A DNA stretch of 64,000 bases from the NCBI GenBank assembly GCA_963747235.1, contig CAVVEU010000040.1, forward strand, positions 544,001-608,000, given 5' to 3'. A model generated the notes under the pieces. That model saw only the letters and a program-made list of their open reading frames with translations, ran no database searches and had not been told where the DNA came from. Source of the stretch: an uncultured Candidatus Rokubacteria bacterium (lineage in GTDB: Bacteria > Methylomirabilota > Methylomirabilia > Rokubacteriales > CSP1-6). The position numbers and the translations under genes were made by a program. Shown piece by piece: positions 40,785 through 48,902 of this stretch. How positions within the stretch are numbered: position 1 is the stretch's first letter; the number at the start of each line of letters is the position of its first letter.

Positions 40785-40831
40785 AGTGTAGAGAGGCGCC
40801 CGCCGGCCCGGTAGTGGACCAAGGTCCACTA
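40785..40831 (-). promoter_or_regulatory. Promoter with perfect palindromic box (four-gene operon)
   Basis: TAGTGGACC-AA-GGTCCACTA at 40812-40831; minus-strand TACACT starts at 40790, 31.5 bp from the centre. Confidence 0.7.
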
Positions 40832-40915
40832 TGATCCGGCGCGGAGAACACGCAGCGGGCCGGCGAGGTGATCGCCAACCCCTCGTATTCGTTCGGGTCT
40901 ACGGGGCCGGGGCGG

Positions 40916-41373
40916 TCAGGGCCGGGGGTCGTCCACCGGGATGTAGACCACCGGGGCGGTGTGCTTCCTGAACGCTCGGCGCCGGCCGTTCTCGAGGCGC
41001 CGGAACGCCTCCGCGGACAGCGAGATCGTCCGGGCCGGAAGGGTCGCCGCGACATTGACCTCGTTCCCGATCACGTCGAAGCGCGCGTCCGCGCCGAACG
41101 GACCGATGACCGCGCGGCCAAAGTGCGCCTTCAGGACCACCGGCGAATCCCAGCCCTTCGCGGCCCACCACGCGTCGATGTCGCGCTTGAGGCCCGGCAG
41201 GCCCTCCACCCCGCTCCCGGCGCCCGCCTCGGGCCAGACGGCGAGGAATGCGTCCCGGCCAGCGCGGCATCCGGCGTGCTCCGCGAGTTCACCATGAAGC
41301 GGGTGAGATCCGCGAAGACGATGAGAACGGCCTGCTCGATACGGGAGGACGAAACAGGAGCAGACTTCGACAT
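40916..41373 (-). pseudogene. Class III nucleotidyl cyclase-like gene with internal deletion and frameshift
   Basis: IVFADLTRF..DAALA joins out of frame directly to GDAFLAVW..HFGRAVIG..DVIGNEVNVAA; the helix and K-x-x before GD are missing. Confidence 0.7.
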
Positions 41374-41538
41374 GGCACCCTCCGTCACGTGGAAGACGTC
41401 TTTCGCCGGCCCATGGGTCCGGCAGGGAGAACGGAGTGTCGCCGGCCCTGCGTCCGGCAGTTGGCGCGAGGATATGGCGGGGCCGAGCCTACTTCAAGGG
41501 CTTCGCCTCGAGCCGGGGTAGCAGGCTCCGAAGGAGGC

Positions 41539-41750
41539 CTGACCGCGGCGAGCTGGACCGGGCCCTCGCCACCGCGAAGGCCACCGGCCTGCCCCTGGAG
41601 CAAGTCACGCGCGCGCACTTCCCGCTCGCGCGAGGCGGCGCCTCGCGCCGTGCTGCACGAGATCTACGACGGCCGCGGCTTCGTCGTGCTCCGGGCGTCC
41701 TCCCGTATTGCGACGAGGACGTCGGGCTCATCTTCTTCGCGATCCACCCG
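41539..41750 (+). pseudogene. TauD/TfdA dioxygenase N-terminal remnant
   Basis: ELDRAL..VTRAHFPL / LHEIYDGRGFVVLR / EDVGLIF fragments in shifting frames, no start, no catalytic half. Confidence 0.55.
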
Positions 41751-41943
41751 CTACAGTGCGACGACCACGTGACGGCCCAACAGAAGGAAACCCCGGAGCT
41801 CTCGTCGTTACTCGACCGGATCTCCACGACGTCCCAGGCCACCGCCAAGGACCGGAAGCATTGGCCGTACTGTTTGGCTCTTGTTGAAACGAACCCGCGG
41901 CGAAAAGAGTTGACGGTGGCAGACCGTGGGCCGCGACAGAGAC

Positions 41944-42324
41944 TCACCCCATTCGGACGAAGGCCGGACTCTCTGTATCCCTCGATCCGTCATGGGCGAC
42001 AGGGCCTAGTGCGAGCTGGCTGCTCTCCGAGCAGCGGCGCATGCGGTTGAGATCGTTGTCCGTAACTTTGTCGGCCACCGACCGGATGTGGACGCGACGG
42101 CACGCGGCACATGTGTATTTCTCGACAAGCGCGAGCTTGCCGGTGTTCACGCCCTTCGTGTAGAAAAGGTCCCCATGATCGATTGCCATCAAGACTTCGT
42201 CGAGTGTCCACCTGCGCGGGGCCTTGTTCGGGTCATCACCGACCCCCACGCCGACGATGTGGGCTTCCTGATTCGAGTGGCCCGACGACTCTTGGTCCGT
42301 ACACACGATCCGGTAAGTAGCCAT
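41944..42324 (-). CDS. DUF3892-like protein
   Basis: GGAGG RBS; YRIVC..HIVGVG..WTLDEVLMAI..FYT..IRSVADKVTDNDLNRMRRC. Confidence 0.7.
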   Translation of the reverse strand: MATYRIVCTDQESSGHSNQEAHIVGVGVGDDPNKAPRRWTLDEVLMAIDHGDLFYTKGVNTGKLALVEKYTCAACRRVHIRSVADKVTDNDLNRMRRCSESSQLALGPVAHDGSRDTESPAFVRMG

Positions 42325-42576
42325 GTCCTCCCTCCCGATCATGGTTACCGCTTGGGCCTTCAGTGCATGCCCTTCGGCAGGCGGCCGGGGCGAGCGGGCG
42401 GGATCTGAACTGACGACGCGGCGACCACGAGGGTGGGGCACAGAACCGCGTGAGCGCGACAGCGCGGCCCGAACCGAACGGAGACGCATCGTGAGCCTCC
42501 TCGCAGTCGAACAGGTGACGGTCCCCGGGAGAGAGGGTAGAGCGTGGGGAGACAAGGAGTCAACCCGATCCTGCCC

Positions 42577-43739
42577 TTACTCGGTAGGGCAGTTTCGATA
42601 GAGGGCCTTCAGCCACGGGGGAGCCGCGAACGTCGTCAGCATCACGACGACGATGAGCGCCGAGTACAGATCCTCGGCGACCACGCCCGCCGCGAGGCCC
42701 ACCCCCGCGAAGATCAGGCCGACTTCACCGCGCGGCACCATGCCGACCGCCACCGGCCACCGGCGCACGCCGCGCTGGTAGACGGCAAGGCCCGCGGCCA
42801 GCTTCGAGGCGACGGCCACGGCGGTCAGCAGCAGCGCGAGGCCGAACTGTGAGCCCTCGGCGAACGGGTTCAGCATCGCGGGCTGCACCTTCATCCCCAC
42901 CGTGACGAAGAACACGGGCACGAGCAGATCGGCGACCGGCTTGACGCGCTCCTCGATGTGCGCCCGCCGCTCCGTCGTGGCCAGGATCAGCCCGGCCGCG
43001 AACGCGCCGATGATGGTCGCCAGCCCCATCAGGTCCGCGACGGCGGCCAGCCCGACCGCGAAGACCACCGAGTAGACGATGAGCGTGCCCCGCGCCTGCA
43101 ACCGCCCGACCCAGCGGATGAGCGTCGGAGCCAGCCGGATCCCGACCACGATGGCCACGACCAGGAACACGATCGCCTTTCCCGAGAGCAGGCCAACGGT
43201 GGCGAGCGAGACACCTCCCGGTCTGTGCCACCCCGGTCACCACCGCCAGGATGATCAGGCCCAGGATGTCGTCCACGACCGCCGCCCCGAGCACCACCTT
43301 GGCGGCGGCGTCCTGGAGGCGACCCAGGTCGCGCAGCACGCGCGCCGTGATGCCGACGCTGGTCGCGGTCAATGTCGCACCGACGAAGACGGCCAGCAGC
43401 GCGGGGTGGCCGAGCCACGACATGACCCCGTAGCCGACCGCGAACGGCGCCACCACCCCGACGAGGGCGACGAACGTGGCCTGGAGGCCCGGCCCGCAGC
43501 AGGCCACCCAGGTCGGACTCCAGGCCGACCTCGAACAGCAGGATCAAGACGCCGAGCTCGGCCAGGGCGTGCAGCACCTCCGACTCGTGGACCAGCCCCA
43601 GGACGCCGGGGCCGATGAGCACGCCCGCCAGCAGCTCGCCCAGGACCGCGGTCTGCCCGATCCGCTCCATGGCCTCGCCTGCCATTTTCGCGGCGAGCCA
43701 GACCAGGACGAGGCCCAGGAGCAGGTCACGGAACTCCAT
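42577..43739 (-). CDS. CPA2 family cation:proton antiporter, frameshifted
   Basis: VLGELLAGVLIGP, LFEVGLE, ATSVGIT, AAVVDD, IIGAFAAG, PVFF, MVPRGEVGLI. Confidence 0.92.
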
Positions 43740-43763
43740 GCGCGCTCCGCTCCGGCCGCTCGG

Positions 43764-44108
43764 CTATCGGTCCGACATCAACGCCGCGCACCTCGTCCTC
43801 AGCTCGGCAAGCGTCCCGGCTTCCTTCACGAATTCGACGGCCGCGCCGAGCGGCGTCGCCGCGAGGCTGCCGGGCTCGGCGCCCCGGGTCAGCCAGGCGA
43901 GCACCTCCTGCCCCGCCGGGCTATCCAGGTTGCACGCCCAGATGCGGTCGGAGCTGAACCCCATGAACTTCGAGACCTCGATGGTCAGGAGGCCCCCCTT
44001 GAAGCCGCCCTTGTCATGGTTGACGATGATCTTCTCGCCGCTGTCGAGCGTGATCTGGCAGTACGCGCCGGCCCGCGGATCGGTGACGAAGCGTCCGACT
44101 CTTGGCAT
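43764..44108 (-). CDS. Hypothetical protein
   Basis: GAGGAGG RBS, MPRVGRFVTDP..YCQITLDSGEKI; operonic with the antiporter. Confidence 0.75.
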   Translation of the reverse strand: MPRVGRFVTDPRAGAYCQITLDSGEKIIVNHDKGGFKGGLLTIEVSKFMGFSSDRIWACNLDSPAGQEVLAWLTRGAEPGSLAATPLGAAVEFVKEAGTLAELRTRCAALMSDR

Positions 44109-44208
44109 GGTCGCCTCCTCGGAAGAGCGACTTGACGATGGCGATGAGGGTGAATGCGATCGCGAGCATGGCACCGCCCAGGACGATGCCCTCGTATCCC
44201 CGTTTCAT
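44014..44208 (-). CDS. Small single-TM peptide
   Basis: GGAGG RBS, MKRGYEGIVLGGAMLAIAFTLIAIVKSLF; as assembled it reads through into the next gene. Confidence 0.45.
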   Translation of the reverse strand: MKRGYEGIVLGGAMLAIAFTLIAIVKSLFRGGDHAKSRTLRHRSAGRRVLPDHARQRREDHRQP

Positions 44209-44291
44209 GGCCGACCCTCCGCGCACGTGGCGTGATGGAGACCGGCAGGCCCCACCATGGGGCCGCCGAACACCACACCGAGCGGGAGGAA

Positions 44292-44612
44292 CTAGTGGGG
44301 GGGGTCGGAGGGAGGCGCGGAATCGACGAACGCCCGAGACCGCCAGCCGGCGCCGGGCCACTCACGCCGCTCGGCCAGCGCGACCGGCGCGAGCCGTTCC
44401 TTGACTTCCAGAGGCGGCTGGAACAGGGCGAACGCGAGCCCGCGCCCCTGGGTGGGCAGCACGCCCGTCTCGGCGGCGGCCCGGGTGCGGGTGTGGGTGC
44501 CCTCGGCGGAATCCGCGGGGTCGAACACGAAGACCCCGGGCATCCCGGGAAGCGACAGGTCGAGCGTCACGTAGAGGAGGACCGCCAGGACAAAGAGCCG
44601 CCGATGCCTCAC
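44292..44612 (-). CDS. Hypothetical membrane-anchored protein
   Basis: LFVLAVLLYVTLDLSLPGMPGVFVFDP..SDPPH; -10 TAGAAT 7 nt before GTG. Confidence 0.6.
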   Translation of the reverse strand: MRHRRLFVLAVLLYVTLDLSLPGMPGVFVFDPADSAEGTHTRTRAAAETGVLPTQGRGLAFALFQPPLEVKERLAPVALAERREWPGAGWRSRAFVDSAPPSDPPH

Positions 44613-44622
44613 GTCGCCGATT

Positions 44623-45291
44623 CTATCTCGCTACTGGCTTGTCATGCAGGAGGACGTTGAGGAGGGAGCTATGAATGTGCAGGCCCCCGTTGTATTCGAT
44701 GAAGCCGAGCTTCCGGAACTTGTTCATGAACTCGTTGATCCGCGGGCGAGTGGTGCCGACCATCTCCGCCAGAGCTTCTTGACTCACCTTCGGAATCATC
44801 GGCTCGGTTACTCCTTCCTTGCCAAAGCGGGCCAGCAACAAGAGCACCCGAGCCAGCCGCTTCTCGCTCGAATTGAACAGTTGATCCACCAGGTCTTCCT
44901 CGATGCGCACATTGCGGGCGAGCAGGTGCGCGATGAACCGCTCGGAAAACAGCGACTGTTCCTGGAGCAGGCCGATCATGGCCCGGCGCTCGACTCGTAC
45001 GACCGACACGTCGGTCACCGCCGAAGCGGTGGCCATACGCACCGGCTGGCCCGCGAGGCACCCTTCGCCAAAGAAGTCACCGCGTCCGAGCATGGCCACG
45101 ATCGCGGATTTCCCCTGCTCCGAGACCACCGTCAGCTTGATCTGCCCTCGCTCAAGGTAGAACACCGCGTCCGCGGGATCCCCCTGGGCGAAGACGACTT
45201 GCTTCTTCCGGTAGCTGGAGACCGAGCGTCCCGTGCTGGCCTTCGTCAGGAAGGCCTTCGCGTCGAATGCGGTAGTCGGCTTGCGCCTCAT
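44623..45291 (-). CDS. Crp/Fnr family transcriptional regulator
   Basis: FAQGDPAD, GDFFGE, RMATA, EKRLARVLLLLA, SQEALAEMVGTTRPRINEFM HTH. Confidence 0.93.
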   Translation of the reverse strand: MRRKPTTAFDAKAFLTKASTGRSVSSYRKKQVVFAQGDPADAVFYLERGQIKLTVVSEQGKSAIVAMLGRGDFFGEGCLAGQPVRMATASAVTDVSVVRVERRAMIGLLQEQSLFSERFIAHLLARNVRIEEDLVDQLFNSSEKRLARVLLLLARFGKEGVTEPMIPKVSQEALAEMVGTTRPRINEFMNKFRKLGFIEYNGGLHIHSSLLNVLLHDKPVAR

Positions 45292-45485
45292 GACGGCCTC
45301 CTCCGATCCCTTCGGGCACCGAGTTACGTGCGCCGACCCACGAAGCCCAGGACGATTGTACTCCTTATAGGCTTTCTCCTTTCCCTCCTGGCTGCTGGAC
45401 AACGTACGGCCCCGCCCTGGATCATGTCCACGAACTCGACCGGCTCCGCGTCGAAGCGGCGGGGTACGACCCGATTCCGGTCGAC

Positions 45486-45763
45486 GGGCCGGGCGCTCCT
45501 GCTGGTATCCGGCCTGCCATTCCGCCAGATCATCGGGGTCGAGCTCTCGCGTGAGCTGGGCAACGTGGCGACGCGCAACATCGGGAGCTACCGGAGCCCC
45601 GTCCAGCGCTGCCGGGACATCCCCGGCGTCCGCGCCGACGCGGTCGAATTCCCGCTCCCGGATGGCCCCGCGACGCATCGTGCTGGCGTACGTGAATCCC
45701 AGGTGCCGCGCGTACCTGGACCAACTTCCGTGGCTGCGACGGCAGAAGCGGGGTCTCGGGTGA
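45486..45763 (+). pseudogene. SAM-dependent methyltransferase remnant
   Basis: GRALLLVSGLPFRQIIGVELSREL..ADAVEFPLPDGP, then out of frame RRIVLAYVNP; motif I and start missing. Confidence 0.6.
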
Positions 45764-45800
45764 AGACGCTCCTGCGGCGGGCCGCGTTGGCCGAGCCCGA

Positions 45801-46189
45801 TCAGGCCGGCCGGGGCGGGTTCGGGCGGAGTCCCGGCCATTTCCTGAACTCGGCATAGGTCCAGTCCAGGGCGATCTTGCCGTCGCGGAGCGTGAGCACG
45901 GCGCAGAGCGGAAGCTTCCACCCGGGCTTCTGGTCCGGGTCGAGCAGCACGGCCTCGACGACGACGACTCTCCCGCCGCGTGGGTCCGCTCCACTCGCAT
46001 CTGACGCCTCGGCGCCGCCGCGAGCACCCGGCGCTCGGTCTCGAGCAGCCCCTCGTGCCCGCGAACGTCGCCGCCGTTGATCTCGCAGTCCGGCGTGTAG
46101 CACTCGCGGACGAACCGCTCGATGTCCGTGTTGTAGAGGTGCTCGTACCGTCGCGCCACCTCCAGGTTGGCCTGCTCTTCCGCCGTCAT
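45801..46189 (-). CDS. SnoaL/NTF2-like protein, frameshift near 45975
   Basis: NLEVARRY..YTPDC..RGHE / VVVE..CAVLTLRDGKI. Confidence 0.8.
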
Positions 46190-46201
46190 GTCGTCGCTCC
46201 C

Positions 46202-46348
46202 TCAGTAGGGCAGGCTCTCGCATCCCATGAGCTCGCGGGCGATGATCATCCGCGCGATCTCGGCGGAACCGTCGCCGACGGCACCGCGGAGGTGTCGAAG
46301 ATCGTGGCGGCGCGGGAGCTGCTGGGGCGCGAGAGCCGGCCGTACTGA
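46202..46348. pseudogene. Two acyl-CoA dehydrogenase C-terminal tails fused back-to-back (imperfect inverted repeat)
   Basis: Minus: GDGSAEIARMIIARELMGCESLPY-stop; plus: ADGTAEVSKIVAARELLGRESRPY-stop; both begin at triplet 46274-46276. Confidence 0.75.
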
Positions 46349-46418
46349 CGGCGTCACCGGGGCTCGGGCCGGCAATCCCCCGCCCGTCGCCGGGCGACCG
46401 GCAGTATACTGGCCGGCG

Positions 46419-46922
46419 ATGCAATTCCAGCTCCGCAAGATCGGCCACGTCGTGCTCAACGTCACCGACCTCGAGCGCGCGGTGGCCTTCTACACCGGCA
46501 CCCTCGGCCTCGAGGTGAGCGACCGCTACCCCGACGCCATGGTGCCCGGCGGCATGGTCTTCCTCCGGGTCAATACCGACCATCACGGCGTCGCCCTCGT
46601 CGGGGGCGCCGCGAAGAGCGAGCGCACCAGCCTGAACCACTTCGCCTTCGAGGTCGGCTCGGTCGACGAGGTGTTCCGGGCCCGCGCGTGGCTGCGCGAG
46701 CGGAGCGTGCCGATCCACTTCGAGGGCCGGCGCCGCGCCGGCTGTCAGCTCGCCATCGAGTTCCAGGATCCCGACGGCAACAACCTCGAGATCTACTGGA
46801 ACATCGACCAGGTGGGCACCGAGGGCGCCGTGCGCCCCGCCGCCGAGTGGCGCCCCGCGAAGACGCTCGAAGAAGCGGTGGCCAACCCGGTCAAGGGCCA
46901 GGCGCTGCCGCAGCGGGGCTGA
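46419..46922 (+). CDS. VOC family protein (extradiol dioxygenase/glyoxalase-like)
   Basis: IGHVVLNVTD, DHHGVAL, LNHFAFEV, FQDPDGNNLEIY. Confidence 0.9.
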   Translation: MQFQLRKIGHVVLNVTDLERAVAFYTGTLGLEVSDRYPDAMVPGGMVFLRVNTDHHGVALVGGAAKSERTSLNHFAFEVGSVDEVFRARAWLRERSVPIHFEGRRRAGCQLAIEFQDPDGNNLEIYWNIDQVGTEGAVRPAAEWRPAKTLEEAVANPVKGQALPQRG

Positions 46923-46935
46923 TCCCCGCCCCCGG

Positions 46936-47995
46936 TCAGACGACCAGACGCTCCGGGTCGTGGCGCAGGTCTCGGCGCGCCAGCACGCGGCGGTGCTCGA
47001 GGAGCAGGCGGACCGTCTCCTGCAGCACCGTGGCCGCCGGCACGGCGATGATCATGCCGAGCACGCCGAGCGCGTGGCTGCCGACCACCACCGAGCCGAG
47101 CAGGAGCGCCGGATGGAGGTGCACGCTCCGCCCGATGGTCAGGGGCTGGATGATCGTGTCGTCGAGCACCTTGATGACCACGAACAGCAGCGCGACGCGC
47201 ACCGACGCCGGCGAGCCCCTGCCCCGGCGTCAGCACCACCACGAGCCCGGCGGCCACGGTCGAGAGCAGCGGCCCCACGAACGGCACCACGTTGGCGAGG
47301 CCGGCAAAGGCCCCGAGCAGGAGCGGATAGGGAACGCCCGCCGCCCACAGGCCCAGGGCCGCCAGCGCGCCCACCACGAGGCCGTCCAGCACCAGGCCGC
47401 GGATGTAGCGCCCGATGACCCCGTTCAGCTCGCGCCACACCGCCACCGACGTCTCCACGTGCTGCGGCGGCAGCCGGTCCATGACGGCAGGCGATGAGCC
47501 GGTGCATGTCCCGCAACAGGAAGAAGGCGAAGAACGGCACGAGGATCGCCAGCAGGAACAGGTGCCCCACGTGCTCGAAGAGATCGGCCGGCTCGCCGGG
47601 GCCACGGTTGAGCACGAATCGTCTGGACCCAGTCCCCGCCCTCGGGCAGGAGGCGCCGGACCGCCGGCGCCGACTCGGCGAGCTCGCGCACCGCGGCGTC
47701 GAGACCGACGTCGATCTGTCGCGCCAGCGCGGGCAGCCGGTCCACCAGCGCCCCGGCCTCGGCCAGCATGCCCGGCCCCAGCAGGAAGGCGGCGCCGACC
47801 AGCAGGGCGATGATGACCGCGAACAGCGCGCTCACCGCCACGCTCCGCCGGATGGCCAGGGTGTCCGCCCACGCGACCGCCGGGCTCAGGAGATAGGCGA
47901 GCGCGGCCGCGAGGAACACGGGCAGGACCATGCCACGGGCCAGCCAGGCGAGCGCGACGAGACCGCCCCACCGCGAGGAGCCGGCCCGCCTTCAC
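46936..47995 (-). CDS. AI-2E (PerM) family transporter, frameshifted
   Basis: PVFLAAALAYLLSP, YIRGLVL, NVVPFVGP, IIQPLTIGRSVHLHP, GMIIAVP. Confidence 0.88.
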
Positions 47996-48517
47996 AGCGG
48001 GCCGGCCCTCTCCGGGCCCGGACCCGGCTCGGTCGCGATCACCGGATTGCGCCGCGCGTAGATCGGCGAGCAGCCGAGACAGGTTGCGCATCACCACGAC
48101 GGCGATCCGGGCGTTGCCGTCGATGAGCGCGTCGAAGTCGCTCTTGTAGAGGATGAGCAGCCGCCCCGGCGTGGCGACCCGCGCGGTGGCCGAGCGCGGG
48201 AAGTCGTCGATGAGGGCCAGCTCGCCGAAGGCATCGCCGGGGCCGAGCGTGTTCAGGATGTACGCGCCCTGTGCCGTCGCCCGGGTGATCTCCACCGCGC
48301 CCTCGACGACGACGAAGAGCGCGCGGCCCGGATCCCCTTCCTCGAAGACGACGTCGCCCGGGTGATAGACCTTCTCGAAGAACCGCGTCGCCAGCCGGGC
48401 CAGGAGGCGCCGCGGCAGACCGGCGAAGAGCGGCGAGCGCGCGAGAAAGGGCGCGCGGCGGGCCTGCTCGGGGTCCTCCGCCCAGGCGAGCCATCGCGGC
48501 AGGGGCTGCTCGAACAT
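47992..48517 (-). CDS. Stand-alone cyclic nucleotide-binding domain protein; probable frameshift near 48065
   Basis: PLFAGL, VFEEGDPG, GDAFGELAL..PRSATA; GTGA overlap with the AI-2E gene after correction. Confidence 0.85.
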
Positions 48518-48584
48518 TTCGCGCACTATAGCAGAAGGCGATCCGGACGGCGCGCGGGTGGCCGGATCGCCGGTGTTCGACACG

Positions 48585-48611
48585 CACATGGGAATTTACT
48601 TGGCCCATGTG
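48585..48611. promoter_or_regulatory. Inverted repeat, candidate operator/enhancer
   Basis: CACATGGG-11 bp-CCCATGTG in the divergent intergenic region. Confidence 0.5.
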
Positions 48612-48718
48612 AGTCCTTCCCTCCCGATGTTCCCCCGCGTAGCTCCCGCGCACGGTTTGCGGCACGTTCGGGTGGGGGACCATCCGCGCACCCATACAAT
48701 CTGTAGTCGGAATCGTCA

Positions 48719-48734
48719 TGGCACGGCTTTCGCT
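48719..48734 (+). promoter_or_regulatory. Sigma54-type promoter
   Basis: TGGCACG-GCTT-TCGCT, GG-N10-GC, one deviation from TTGC. Confidence 0.6.
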
Positions 48735-48902
48735 CTGCATGACGTCTGTAGAGACTTCGCATGAGCCACGACTTGGTACCGCGGCACGGTGGGCTGCATG
48801 GTGCCCGGCGTGCTCGGCTCGCCGACCGGGCCGGCGCACAGCCGCGCGGCCCGGATCCCGAGCGCCATCGCTACCGCCCTGAGCGTAGGCAAGGTCGTGA
48901 CA

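Noticed and set aside
41830-41945. Possible riboswitch/ncRNA in the AT-richer gap
   Set aside because: Only a short CTCTT/AAGAG stem; no recognisable family motif. An Rfam/Infernal scan would be needed.
48812-48823. Third copy of the dispersed repeat (GCTCGGCTCGCC)
   Set aside because: Only about 12 bp match in very GC-rich DNA; flanks do not extend.
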